This document shows, one piece after another, positions 31,431 through 41,724 of a stretch of DNA of 64,000 nucleotides (positions within the stretch are counted from its first letter, which is position 1; each line of letters begins with the position of its first letter). Position numbers and translations under genes: made by a program. The notes beneath the pieces were generated by a model. It searched no databases. It worked only from the letters and a program-made list of their open reading frames with translations, and was not told where the DNA came from. The DNA lies in the NCBI GenBank assembly GCA_965204375.1, contig OZ241986.1, positions 3,552,001 to 3,616,000 on the forward strand, in the 5' to 3' direction. This DNA comes from Candidatus Latescibacterota bacterium. GTDB taxonomy: Bacteria; Latescibacterota; UBA2968.

Positions 31431-33062
31431 ATGAACGGCATTGAATACATCGCTCGCATATTGAAACAAGAAGGCGTCGAATGGCTCTCCTGTTACCCCA
31501 GCAATCCTCTAATTGAAGCCGCAGCCCAGGAAAGCATTCGCCCAATCGCATTTCGCCACGAACGCGGGGCAGTCATGGCCGCAGACGGCTTTAGCCGCAC
31601 CAGCAACCGACAGCGATTTGGCGTCGTGGCAATACAGGCACAAGCCGGTGCAGAAAACGCAATGGGTGGCATTGCCCAGGCTTATGCCGACAACGTCCCA
31701 ATTCTGGTCCTCCCAGGCGGCGTAAGACTCAATCAAATCGCAGTTCGTCCCAATTTTTCCGCAACCCACACCTATCGCGGATGGGTCAAACGCGTCGAGG
31801 CGATCTATCGACCAGAAGATGTCGGCACCGTAATGCGCCGCGCATTCCACGCGCTTCGCAATGGTATTTCGGGCCCCGTCGTAGTCGAAATGACCTCCGA
31901 CGTCTGCGCAGAGGAAATACCCGCCGATGCACAAAATTATCACTCGCCAAAACGCGCGCAACAGGTGCCCTCGTCCGGAGACATCAAAGATGCCGTCACA
32001 GCCCTCCTCGCTGCAAAAAACCCCGTAATCTGGGCGGGACACGGAGTCGTATTTGCCGGGGCAACAGATGAACTAAAAGAACTGGCCGACCTGACCGGCA
32101 TACCCGTATTCTGCACCATGCCCGGCAAATCGTCCTTTGACGAACGCCATCCACTCGCCCTCGGTGCTGGCAGCGGCGCAACCACGGGACCCGTACACCA
32201 CTGGCTCAAAAACTGCGACGTACTGCTCGCGCTCGGCTCCAGTTTAACGCGCACGCCTTATGCCCAATCCGTCCCCCCCGCCAAAGTACTCATACAAAAC
32301 ACCGATAATCCTGATGACATCAACAAAGACGAAGCCGTAGATATCGGATTGATCGGCGATGTCAAACTCACCCTGCAAGCAATCATTGACCAGGTAAAAG
32401 GTCAAATTGGCGAACCCAAAAACTCTGATCGCGTCGCCGCTGAGATCGCACATGCCAAAAAAGAATGGCTCGACACCTGGACGCCCCTGCTGACCTCAAA
32501 TGAAGAACCCCTCAACCCCTATCGCGTCATCAACGAAATCAACAACACACTCGACCGCGAAAACAGCATTGTCACACACGATGCCGGTGCCCCCCGCGAC
32601 TCAATCGTGCCATTTTATACCGCAACCACACCCCACTCTTATATCGGCTGGGGCAAAACAACCCACCTGGGTTTCGGCATCCCCCTGATGATCGGCGCCA
32701 AACTGGCCCATCCCGATAAATTCTGCCTCAACATGATGGGAGATGGCGCCTTCGGCATGTCCGGCCTGGACATTGAAACATCTGCTCGCGCAGGCATCCC
32801 CATTACAACCGTGCTTCTGAACAACGGGGGCATGGCGACATACCCCGGCGGATTCCCCGTGGCGCGCGAACGCTATGGCGTTTCCAATATGCAAGGCAAC
32901 TACGCCCAAATTGCCGACGGCATGGGCGCTGTGGGCATCACCGTGGAAAAACCGGGCGAAATGCGCCCCGCATTACAAGAAGCACAGCGACTAAATGCCG
33001 ATGGCAAAACCGTGTTGATCGATGTGCATACCAGTATGGAGAGCAAACAGTCGCGGTTTTGA
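31431..33062 (+). CDS. Thiamine pyrophosphate-requiring enzyme (acetolactate synthase-like)
   Basis: RHERGAVMAADG; TPP motif GDGAFGM...LLNN. Confidence 0.88.
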   Translation: MNGIEYIARILKQEGVEWLSCYPSNPLIEAAAQESIRPIAFRHERGAVMAADGFSRTSNRQRFGVVAIQAQAGAENAMGGIAQAYADNVPILVLPGGVRLNQIAVRPNFSATHTYRGWVKRVEAIYRPEDVGTVMRRAFHALRNGISGPVVVEMTSDVCAEEIPADAQNYHSPKRAQQVPSSGDIKDAVTALLAAKNPVIWAGHGVVFAGATDELKELADLTGIPVFCTMPGKSSFDERHPLALGAGSGATTGPVHHWLKNCDVLLALGSSLTRTPYAQSVPPAKVLIQNTDNPDDINKDEAVDIGLIGDVKLTLQAIIDQVKGQIGEPKNSDRVAAEIAHAKKEWLDTWTPLLTSNEEPLNPYRVINEINNTLDRENSIVTHDAGAPRDSIVPFYTATTPHSYIGWGKTTHLGFGIPLMIGAKLAHPDKFCLNMMGDGAFGMSGLDIETSARAGIPITTVLLNNGGMATYPGGFPVARERYGVSNMQGNYAQIADGMGAVGITVEKPGEMRPALQEAQRLNADGKTVLIDVHTSMESKQSRF

Positions 33063-33086
33063 TCCCTATCGAAAACACCAGCAGTA

Positions 33087-33129
33087 AGAACTAAAAAACC
33101 ACGCCCAAAGGACGTGGTTTTTTAGTTCT
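33087..33129. terminator. Bidirectional terminator at the left edge of the accessory block
   Basis: Perfect 17-bp inverted repeat AGAACTAAAAAACCACG-N9-CGTGGTTTTTTAGTTCT. Confidence 0.85.
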
Positions 33130-33775
33130 AAGATCGCTTTTTTTGTTTTGACCTTTTAAATTTACCTCGAATATACATCACAAATTCTTTGCCTCGGTAT
33201 AGGATTAACGAAATAAACACACCCACCGCCATTATAGAATCGTACCAGGAATTGTATTCAATCGATAGCTGACAGCCGAACTCAAGGTAGATGAGATAAG
33301 CCTGCAACACAATAACAATAAGGGGAAAAATTCCTGCATAGAATATCCAAACACAATTTGAAAAAGAAGGGTAATCTGTGAGATATGATTTACCCTCTCT
33401 AGTGTATATAGAATCATCTCCAAGAAGAGAAGAAATGGTATCTTCAAGTTTATGTAGATATTTATACTGTCGATCTACCGTAATGGAATTCTGACAGTAG
33501 CGTAGCATGATAACTAGAAAAACCGTCCATGTTGCGCTTGTGATAATGGAGATAGGGAGAGCATTGAGAACATTAAGAGATTTCTTTGTGCTTGAAGTGC
33601 TTATTTCATTGAATATCCTCTGAAGATCATCCGGATACTGCACCTCCAAGAATAAAGAACCAAGGAGCGCAATAAGTACTAGAAATAGCAAGTCTCTCTG
33701 CTTCTCCCTTTCCCGAATTTGAGAGAAGCTTTCTTTGTAATGGTCGTGTAAAATATTGAGATCAGGAATATCCAT
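33128..33775 (-). CDS. 4-TM membrane protein, candidate TIR-associated effector
   Basis: Four hydrophobic segments with conserved-looking HY...R and RQY.YL..LE stretches; starts 9 bp after the TIR gene stop. Confidence 0.65.
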   Translation of the reverse strand: MDIPDLNILHDHYKESFSQIREREKQRDLLFLVLIALLGSLFLEVQYPDDLQRIFNEISTSSTKKSLNVLNALPISIITSATWTVFLVIMLRYCQNSITVDRQYKYLHKLEDTISSLLGDDSIYTREGKSYLTDYPSFSNCVWIFYAGIFPLIVIVLQAYLIYLEFGCQLSIEYNSWYDSIMAVGVFISLILYRGKEFVMYIRGKFKRSKQKKRS

Positions 33776-33784
33776 GGCGTAGCT

Positions 33785-34210
33785 TCACGCTTTCCTAATA
33801 GCCCTAAGAATAGCCTCAACCGTGAAACTCATAGCCCATTCAGCACCTTTTCCATAGAGGGGATCTGGAGACGTATTCGATGAGTCAATTTTGACAGCAA
33901 TAAACCCTTTCCTCTCTTCCGCGCTCTTATTGATTTCCCACCACTGCCAATTTCGATCACCTATCTCCTTTCTGTCACGATGATAACTATTAGCGTGTTT
34001 ACCAATGATAACAAGAGTATGGGTAGCCTCACGAATTTTACTAGTGAGGACTGCCTTAATACGGGAGATATCTTCACTTTGGATTTCCTCCGGCGTACAG
34101 TCATCAAAGTCAATATCTGAGCTCGGATTTGCAACTAGCGCATTGAGAAGATATCGATAGTGCCGATCATGATCATAGTCGAAGCTTATGAAGACTCGTT
34201 TCTTTGCCAT
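33785..34210 (-). CDS. TIR-domain protein, MTH538/DUF1863 (Thoeris ThsB-like)
   Basis: KKRVFISFDYDHD, TLVIIG, WQWWEI (catalytic Glu position), RBS AGGAGG. Confidence 0.85.
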   Translation of the reverse strand: MAKKRVFISFDYDHDRHYRYLLNALVANPSSDIDFDDCTPEEIQSEDISRIKAVLTSKIREATHTLVIIGKHANSYHRDRKEIGDRNWQWWEINKSAEERKGFIAVKIDSSNTSPDPLYGKGAEWAMSFTVEAILRAIRKA

Positions 34211-34373
34211 TCTTACCTCCTGGGGTTTTATGGTGATGCTTTGGTAATTACATCGAGAATATTGCCAAATGTTGGCGGGGCTAAGCGCATCTCTGAACCG
34301 CGAAGCGGTTGGGAGAAGGGATGAATGCTCTGAAGTTTGGGGCAGAGGTGCTGTTAGGTCCTACTATGGTTTG

Positions 34374-35385
34374 CTAAGGAGCATCGAATGTGATTCCGAT
34401 TGCCGCCGAAATTGGTCCCGAGCGTCGATTGAATATAGTAAACAGCCCCTCATCATTTCTACTTTGAGTGATATATCCTTCTCCGCACGTAACAAGAAGA
34501 TGTGCAACAAAATGTTCTAAGCGCCACCCGACTTCATGTTCTGCCGAATTGTACGGTTCTGGAAGCCCGACCTGCAGATCTTCATAACAGGGCACGCGCT
34601 GAGAATCAAAACTTTGGAGTGCTTGTCTAACCGACTCTGATCTGACTATGCGACAACCAACTGTGTTTGGGCCTCGGGGGTTCCTTGTAGTAGTCCGTGG
34701 AACATTGTAAGTAGAGGGGACGCGTAGTGGATGATAGAACATGTAGTGGACAGGAATTCCTGTGCTATTTTCATATTCCTCTATGCGTTCATACTGATCG
34801 TTACCCTTCCTTAGCGCCTCGTATCTGCTTGTTTGTTTGAATCTAAACTTCCGTGACTCAGAAACAGCGAGATAGGTTTCCTCTGATTCGAATAGACGTC
34901 CAAATCCCCAGAGATAGTCCAAAGGCTGATCCTCATCAGAGTCCACTTGTGGGGTAAAGTCGCTTGGACTGGAGAAGTGCGACCTTGCTTCGGACGAATT
35001 GCCCGGCCTGTCGAAACATCACCAGAAAGCCGATATCGGCAATTTCCCACGATCCAAAGTGCCGTCCACCCCCGAGATAATAAGTGTCAAGCCGAACTGT
35101 CCATCCGGAACCGAGCCTTACAGGAGCCGAATAATTCGAAAGATGCTCAATGAAAGTCATGTCCAGAGAAGTTTCATGAACATTCGGCATTTTAGAGATT
35201 TTTCTTGACACAGCCAGGTTGCAGGCTTCAAAAATATTCTCTAAAAATGCCAGAACATCGTCAGGCAGATAGATTTGATTCAATTTGGCTTCCTCGATTT
35301 GGGCAGAATGATCCAGTGGTGCAAACCTTACCAGAAAAGCAAATGAATCTACCCACGTTTGAAAGGGCACTGCTTCAAGAGTCAT
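34374..35385 (-). pseudogene. Frameshifted PD-(D/E)XK-like (QxK) nuclease-fold gene
   Basis: ORFs 34936-35385 and 34374-34946 overlap in different frames; EIADIG...LLQSKRLYP then continues as DSDEDQPLDY in the other frame; breakpoint near 34950. Confidence 0.6.
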
Positions 35386-36470
35386 GGAATAGGAGGAAAA
35401 GATACAGTTTTTTTTGACCTGCTCCTGTCTCGGTCTTTAGAAACGTACTTCACATTGTGATAGTCCCTGTACCAGGCGACAAAATTTGCAAGTCCTGTTT
35501 CTATGGGCGTTGTGGGATTATAGCCCACATCTCGCATGAGATCCGATACGTCTGCGGCATTATCCGTGAAGTCTCCAGGCTGTATGGGCATATCTTTTCG
35601 GATCGCTTTTTTGCCCAGCAAGTCCTCTAATAGCGAGAGGAAATACTCTAATTCTATGACGTTGTGATTGCCGATATTGTAAATCCGATAGGGGCTGGAA
35701 CTCGATCCCGGGTCGGGGCATTGTCCCGTCCATTCGGGATCTGGCTTTGCGGGGTTTGACAAGACGCGAGTTACGCCTTCGACTATGTCGCCGACATACG
35801 TAAAACTGCGACGCATCTTGCCGTGATTATAGACTTTGACAGGTCGATTTTTCAGGATGGCTCTGGTCCACAGATAGGCAACCCCATCCGGACGTCCCCA
35901 GGGTCCATAGACGGAGAAAAAGCGCAATCCCGTCGTGGGAATATCGTATAGATGGCTATACGAATGCGCCATTAGTTCATCGGCTTTTTTTGTCGCTGCG
36001 TACAGGCTGAGGGGATGATCGACATTTTGGTGGATGTTAGCGGGTGTGGTGGTGTTCAAGCCATAAACAGAACTCGACGAGGCATAGACCAGATGTTCAA
36101 TACCGCAATGGCGACATCCTTCCAGGATGTTGAGAAATCCCATGACATTGCTTTTGACGAAGGCCTGGGGATTTTTCAGGCTATAAGGCATACCCGCCTG
36201 GGCCGCGAGGTTGATGACGTGAGAAAAGTTCTCTTCGCGGAAGAGGTTTGTTATTCCCGCTTCGTCCTCGAGGTGCATGCGAACAAATTTGAATCCGCTT
36301 TCCCGTTTTAGAATGGATAGGCGGTCTTCTTTGAGTTGAGTACTGTAATAACCGTTCACATTGTCCAATCCGACTACTGAATGCCCCATTTCAAGCAGTT
36401 GTCTGGAGAGATGAAATCCAATGAATCCCGCAGCACCTGTTACGAGTACGTGTCGCGCAGCATCAGTCAT
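35382..36470 (-). CDS. NAD-dependent epimerase, UDP-glucuronate 4-epimerase-like
   Basis: VTGAAGFIG, NLAAQAG, ASSSSVYG, YAATKK, RFFSVYGPWGRPD; ATG at 36470 after AAGGAG. Confidence 0.9.
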   Translation of the reverse strand: MTDAARHVLVTGAAGFIGFHLSRQLLEMGHSVVGLDNVNGYYSTQLKEDRLSILKRESGFKFVRMHLEDEAGITNLFREENFSHVINLAAQAGMPYSLKNPQAFVKSNVMGFLNILEGCRHCGIEHLVYASSSSVYGLNTTTPANIHQNVDHPLSLYAATKKADELMAHSYSHLYDIPTTGLRFFSVYGPWGRPDGVAYLWTRAILKNRPVKVYNHGKMRRSFTYVGDIVEGVTRVLSNPAKPDPEWTGQCPDPGSSSSPYRIYNIGNHNVIELEYFLSLLEDLLGKKAIRKDMPIQPGDFTDNAADVSDLMRDVGYNPTTPIETGLANFVAWYRDYHNVKYVSKDRDRSRSKKTVSFPPIP

Positions 36471-36504
36471 GTTACAAATCTTCTCCTTATCCCTCTCATA
36501 AAAA

Positions 36505-37530
36505 CTATTCGAGCAATTGTATTGCCATCTCAATAACCGGATCTTTTTTTATAACCTCGTCAGAAGATGGCACCTCAACGTGAATATCCGGAGGAATACC
36601 AACGCCTTCATACATAACATGATCTGCCGAAAACCACTTCCCAATAGAGATTCTATATACCCAACCATTGGGAAGTTCTCGATACATGTTAGGTGCCATG
36701 CTACCTGCCGTCACGTCTCCAACTATCCTGACATAAGGAAATAGCTTCATTGCCAATACGAAATATTCCCCACCACTTATTGTTCGTCTATCCGTGAGTA
36801 CAATAATGGGTTTGGTAAATTGTTTTTCTCCTGCAGGCTCGACATATCTTTCTCGAATAGGAGTAAAATCTGAATGGCGAGGTCCATTGCGCCTTTGCAA
36901 AAGAGAGGACAGTTTCTTCTGGTCTGCAAAGCGTCCCACTACCGCTTCGACGTTGACTCCGTTTCCTCCAGAATTATTTCTTACATCTACAATGAAACCC
37001 CTGTGATCAAAAAACTCGTTTACAATGGGATCTATAGCTTCTACCCAAGCACTGCCATTCCTGCTACTGAAAGACGCAATGTGTAAATAGCCTATGGTAT
37101 CAGAGATTTGACCAGACGTAAAAAAACCGTTCCCTGTGGTTTGAAACCCAGAACGCAAGTATTTACTCTTCACAAGATCCAAATTGAGCGTCCCTTCAGG
37201 TCGTCCCTTTGCATGGCTTGAGATGAATCTCTCAAACGGCGCAATCAGATACACATGTTCATCGTCTAAATGAGCCAGCATTGAAGACATAATTTCAAAG
37301 AGAGCATTGTCGTTCGTCTGATCGGTGACTTGCGGCGCATAGATGTCATACAGGGCATTCCAATCAATGTTTTTCACCTTAAACAGGGCATAATAGCGGT
37401 CAAATTCATCCCATAAAATTTGAAAATTGTTCTGTGGGGTATTGGCGGGATCAGAACCGACTAGGATTTCGCCACAAGAAAACAATACAGGCAAAAGGAT
37501 GATACCGACTATTCGGGTTAAAAAACGCAA
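36505..37530 (-). CDS. S41 family peptidase, lipoprotein
   Basis: Lipobox VLFSC; Tricorn C1-like N-terminus; DVRNNSGG, TISGGE, IVGDVTAG, EGVGIPPD. Confidence 0.88.
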   Translation of the reverse strand: MRFLTRIVGIILLPVLFSCGEILVGSDPANTPQNNFQILWDEFDRYYALFKVKNIDWNALYDIYAPQVTDQTNDNALFEIMSSMLAHLDDEHVYLIAPFERFISSHAKGRPEGTLNLDLVKSKYLRSGFQTTGNGFFTSGQISDTIGYLHIASFSSRNGSAWVEAIDPIVNEFFDHRGFIVDVRNNSGGNGVNVEAVVGRFADQKKLSSLLQRRNGPRHSDFTPIRERYVEPAGEKQFTKPIIVLTDRRTISGGEYFVLAMKLFPYVRIVGDVTAGSMAPNMYRELPNGWVYRISIGKWFSADHVMYEGVGIPPDIHVEVPSSDEVIKKDPVIEMAIQLLE

Positions 37531-37542
37531 TGCCTATCCCTT

Positions 37543-38295
37543 TCAAAATTGGAACGAGATGCCCCCACTAAGTCCGTGAAAGACTGAAATTGTTTTTCGA
37601 GGTTGGGAATACCGCTGGTAGAGAAACCAATATGCCAGGCGCAACTTGAAATAAGCAGAAAGGGTGTGTTCATAAAGTGAGGAAAACCGTAAACGTTGAT
37701 AACCATTGAGACTGATCAACCGATTCGTTATATCTAGCGAATTTACGGCATAACTATTTCGCAATAAATAACCTAAAACTGGAATAGATAAAAAGAAAAC
37801 GACTCTTTGTTTTTCAAAGGGTAATAGCTCGCACAAAAGGGCTATATTGAGAGTCGAGACTGCTGTGCCCGTTGGTGCACCACTATAATTAGAGGAAAAA
37901 AAAGAATAATCTCTGGCAGAGACCATAATATCCCAGTTCCCCCCCAACCAAAAAGTCCTATTGGCACTCGAACCCCCTGACAATAGATGCGTATACCCGT
38001 ATTGCAATTGCCCGTAATAATGGTCAGCGAGACTCTTGCGTGCAGATGTTTTTAATTCACCTGTCATAATATGTACTTGCACCCAATGCTGATTCTTCAT
38101 CCCTTTGTAATTGTAAAAAACCCCAATTTTTTTTTGATTTCCTTCATACAGCAGCGGCGATGCCAGATCATCTCTATTTATGTAATTCGTTAGCCCTACA
38201 TCAATGCCGATTTGGTGTGTGTTTTTTCCAAATACTACCGTTGAATGCAGGACCAAAAGGATGGCGATGAGAATGGTGAATACTTTCAGGTTCAT
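37543..38295 (-). CDS. Outer-membrane beta-barrel protein
   Basis: Signal peptide, D..SPLLY.G, alternating beta strands, C-terminal ISFQF. Confidence 0.65.
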   Translation of the reverse strand: MNLKVFTILIAILLVLHSTVVFGKNTHQIGIDVGLTNYINRDDLASPLLYEGNQKKIGVFYNYKGMKNQHWVQVHIMTGELKTSARKSLADHYYGQLQYGYTHLLSGGSSANRTFWLGGNWDIMVSARDYSFFSSNYSGAPTGTAVSTLNIALLCELLPFEKQRVVFFLSIPVLGYLLRNSYAVNSLDITNRLISLNGYQRLRFSSLYEHTLSAYFKLRLAYWFLYQRYSQPRKTISVFHGLSGGISFQF

Positions 38296-39482
38296 TGCGC
38301 CAACACCCGGCGATAGATGTCAATCCAATTTTCAGTTTCTTGAGCCAGAGAAAATTGATTTGCTACTTTCTTTTTTCCTGCCCTACCAATCCTCTTTCGG
38401 AGTTCCATATCCTCAAGTAATAGTTGCAATTTTTGCGATAACATATCGGCGTCATCCGTAGGAACAAGCAGGCCATTCTTATTATCTTCAACTATATCAA
38501 CAATACCACCGACTTGAGAAGCCACAATGGGTAGTTCACAGGCCATCGCTTCTATGAGTGCATTTGGCGACCCTTCATGAAGCGAAGATAAGGCAAAAAT
38601 ATCCATCTCTTTCATCCACGCCATCACCTCCCGATGTGGAATATAACCCGTAAATACAACTTGCCGTTTGAGTCCCGAGTCACTGATTTGCTTCAACATA
38701 TCTCTTTTGTAGGATTCTTGTATAAACTTACCAACAACAAGCAAGCAAGTATCGGGATAAACTTTTACTACCCTCTCAAATGCCTGTAAGAGAATGTGAA
38801 ACCCCTTTACGGGCCGCAAAAGTCCAGCTGTCCCAATGACTGCTCCCCCTTGTGATTTCATCCGTAAAAAGGTTTCAGTAAGTATTTGCAGTCTATCGTT
38901 GTGCTCTCTTGTTATTTCTAAAAGTGCGCGTGCATCAAATATCGATGCATCAAACACATTGAGCATGACTTTTCCCTCTTTGACCCTTACCATTTGATGA
39001 ATTTTTTGCATGAGTTCAGATGATACCGACGTTACATAATCTGCTCGTTCTAATACCCACCTTAGATTTGCTGCGTGTTGGATGCTATATCGCAAAACTT
39101 CCCAATCGCTACCTCTGACACTAACAATGAAGGGGCGCTCAATTTCAGTAGCCACAATTGCACCTAAAAATCCAGGGGGCATGAGAAAAGCGGCATGAAC
39201 TAAATCAAAGTTTTGTTCTTTATGAAGGTTAAAAATATAGTCACCAAGCACTTGTAAACTATACGGATCAGCGTGGTATTTTGATAATATCGAAAATGTT
39301 CGATGTACTGTCACGTCATCTTCTATGACAGGTGATATCTTATCTCTTAATTGATAGGGACCTGGCGCGATAATATGGATATTAACACCCTGTTTTGCCA
39401 GATTTTTAGCAATCCTATAAATTGCACTTCCCACTCCTCCAGGATAAGGGGGATATTGGTACGAAATCAGACAGATATTCAT
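38292..39482 (-). CDS. Glycosyltransferase family 4
   Basis: YPPYPGGV, KG..ILL.A, HEGSPNALIEAMAC..P, VGGIVDIV. Confidence 0.9.
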   Translation of the reverse strand: MNICLISYQYPPYPGGVGSAIYRIAKNLAKQGVNIHIIAPGPYQLRDKISPVIEDDVTVHRTFSILSKYHADPYSLQVLGDYIFNLHKEQNFDLVHAAFLMPPGFLGAIVATEIERPFIVSVRGSDWEVLRYSIQHAANLRWVLERADYVTSVSSELMQKIHQMVRVKEGKVMLNVFDASIFDARALLEITREHNDRLQILTETFLRMKSQGGAVIGTAGLLRPVKGFHILLQAFERVVKVYPDTCLLVVGKFIQESYKRDMLKQISDSGLKRQVVFTGYIPHREVMAWMKEMDIFALSSLHEGSPNALIEAMACELPIVASQVGGIVDIVEDNKNGLLVPTDDADMLSQKLQLLLEDMELRKRIGRAGKKKVANQFSLAQETENWIDIYRRVLAQ

Positions 39483-39497
39483 ATTTACCTCATGATG

Positions 39498-40295
39498 TCA
39501 CGAATTGGGTTTTCGCGCTGTAATTTCTCCGAATAGAAGGGATAGATATTTGAAGGGATAATAATGATGTTTACCAAATTCGGTCAAAGCAGGTTGACCA
39601 TTGATCTTGGTAATCATATATCGGGAAGACTGGCTGGCGGTGAAACCAATTAACTTGCAAGAGCGAATTTCTTCAAAACCGGCACTATATATAGCACTTA
39701 TATGTTCTTCAAGAGTAGGTGTTTTATATGCAAAGATTCTATTAAACTCCGCCATCTCTCGTTTTTCTTCACTCGATGCTCCCTCTTTATCCAAGAAATA
39801 GACATCCTTGATATATAGCTTCCCCCTTGGACGCAGTACCCGGAAAACTTCCTCAAAAAGACGTTGGCGATCATAAGCATAGCCCGCAGATTCAAAAAAA
39901 AATACGACATCAAAGGATGAATCAAAAAATGGAAGGTCATGATAATCGCCTCTATAGACTTGAATTCTCGAGGATAGTCTCGCTTGCTGAATCAGTCTCT
40001 TAGCTATTTTTGCCTGAACTTCGGAAAGCGTAATCGCATCAATGTGAACGCCCTGAGTGTTCAAAGCAATGTCAATACTTGGTCCGCAGACACCACAACC
40101 ACAGTCTAAAATTCGGTGACCTGATTGAATGCCAGCACGAGAGGCCAGATATAGGTTGGTCGTTTTGGCTGTATTTCTTCGGGAATGTGACAATTGAATT
40201 GCCTGAAGGCTTGTACCCACATATTTCAAATAAACTTCAGTCATTGTGTCGTAATAATCGCATACTTTTTCAATGTATGCTTTGTGATCTTCCAT
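39498..40295 (-). CDS. SAM-dependent methyltransferase (sterol/tocopherol/prenyl C-MT-like)
   Basis: YYD, ILDCGCGVCGP, ITLSEVQ, GDYHDLPF.DSSFD, FES, RVLRP.GKL. Confidence 0.85.
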   Translation of the reverse strand: MEDHKAYIEKVCDYYDTMTEVYLKYVGTSLQAIQLSHSRRNTAKTTNLYLASRAGIQSGHRILDCGCGVCGPSIDIALNTQGVHIDAITLSEVQAKIAKRLIQQARLSSRIQVYRGDYHDLPFFDSSFDVVFFFESAGYAYDRQRLFEEVFRVLRPRGKLYIKDVYFLDKEGASSEEKREMAEFNRIFAYKTPTLEEHISAIYSAGFEEIRSCKLIGFTASQSSRYMITKINGQPALTEFGKHHYYPFKYLSLLFGEITARKPNS

Positions 40296-40296
40296 A

Positions 40297-41547
40297 TCAC
40301 ATCATCATCCTTGTTAATCGCTTCGCAATTCGGTATATAGCAAGGCCGAACATCAGAATGATCAGAGAGGGAAAGAAAAAGTCCGACAATGCACTCCCAA
40401 TATTTCGCCAATTCCCCACTGCAAAACTGTTTATTATCTCGCTAAAAGTCTTATACACTAAGCCAGGATAGTTTGTAACTAGATCGGGAAACAAAAAGAA
40501 AATCTTGTAAAAAAACAGAAAGAAGAAACTGGTGCTAACGATTCCATACAGCAAAAGAAACGATTTCATTTTACCACTGATGTGCAAAAAGACAGGTTCA
40601 GCGACCCCTTTTTGTTTTAAGACGAAACGTTTCGCAAAGTATTTCAGAATTTCTAAAGACCTTTTTCTGAGATTGGGTACGCCTATTATATCGGAAAAAA
40701 GCCAATACCCATCAAAGCGGAAAATTGGATTCAAGTTAAACAGTGCTGAACCGTAGTTAAGGAGAATCGCGTACAAAAATATGCTACTTGATGTCATTAG
40801 ATACAAAATGAAGAGTATGGGAACAAAAATAAGCTGAAAATATATGCCACCAAAGTCCACCATCGCACGTTGAGTTCTCGGCAGTCTCCAAGCATCCGTT
40901 ACATCAGCATAGAGAACGGGAAATCTAAAATATAATCCTATTCCTATCTCTCCAGGAAACACACCATAATAGGCACAGGCAGAAGAATGACCTAATTCAT
41001 GAAAGATCGCTAAAATACCAAAAATTATTAGCCCAAAGATAGCTTCTTGAAACGAAATATCATAAATAACAATATCTATGACTTGAAAAACAAAAAAATA
41101 AAAGTATAAAAAGAAGACGAAAGAGAAGAAAATAAAGAAGATCAGAATTCTTGGATTATAGAGAATTTTTAAAATATGACTAATGGACTGAACTACATTC
41201 TCCCGAATAATGGGATATTGAAAATACAAATATGAACTACTTTTTTGAATACTGTCATCTGAGTTTGTGTTTTCAAGGATGCCATAGGGCACAAGAAATG
41301 AATGGATAATTGCATCAATGTCTTTGGTAGAATAAGTCTTGTTTCTGACAGTAGAGTATTCGTTTGCAATTTCAGACAGTGTTTTTTTTCCATCTATCAA
41401 CTCTAAGATCTGATAGATACCTTCGCTTATTTCAAACCGTTTCGTACCTATACATAAAACATAACTCTCCTTAGCCAAAGAAGTATCGAATTTATACATC
41501 GAAACTTTAGGAACCAACTTAATCGGGTCTGGTAGGGACTCTTGCAT
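40297..41547 (-). CDS. RRE(PqqD-like)-fused M50 intramembrane zinc metallopeptidase (YydH-like RiPP peptidase)
   Basis: N-terminal wHTH (ILELIDGKKTLSEIA); HELGH; YADVTDAW; NLNPIFRFDGYW. Confidence 0.85.
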   Translation of the reverse strand: MQESLPDPIKLVPKVSMYKFDTSLAKESYVLCIGTKRFEISEGIYQILELIDGKKTLSEIANEYSTVRNKTYSTKDIDAIIHSFLVPYGILENTNSDDSIQKSSSYLYFQYPIIRENVVQSISHILKILYNPRILIFFIFFSFVFFLYFYFFVFQVIDIVIYDISFQEAIFGLIIFGILAIFHELGHSSACAYYGVFPGEIGIGLYFRFPVLYADVTDAWRLPRTQRAMVDFGGIYFQLIFVPILFILYLMTSSSIFLYAILLNYGSALFNLNPIFRFDGYWLFSDIIGVPNLRKRSLEILKYFAKRFVLKQKGVAEPVFLHISGKMKSFLLLYGIVSTSFFFLFFYKIFFLFPDLVTNYPGLVYKTFSEIINSFAVGNWRNIGSALSDFFFPSLIILMFGLAIYRIAKRLTRMMM

Positions 41548-41724
41548 GATATATTCCTATCTCAATTGTTCGCGGCGGGATCTATGGTGGCATCCAAACC
41601 TGATGCTTAGCACGGAATTTGGATGCCGCTGATCACGGAAAACAACGGGGGAAAGCACATCCTTTTTTGCTCGGCGCATTCTATGCCATCTTTAAACTAT
41701 CTACTTTGCAGGTGGTCGCTTGCG

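Noticed and set aside
41587-41629. Inverted repeat GTGGCATCCAAA...TTTGGATGCCGC
   Set aside because: Single copy with no T tract; probably an mRNA stem, with no evidence of a mobile element.
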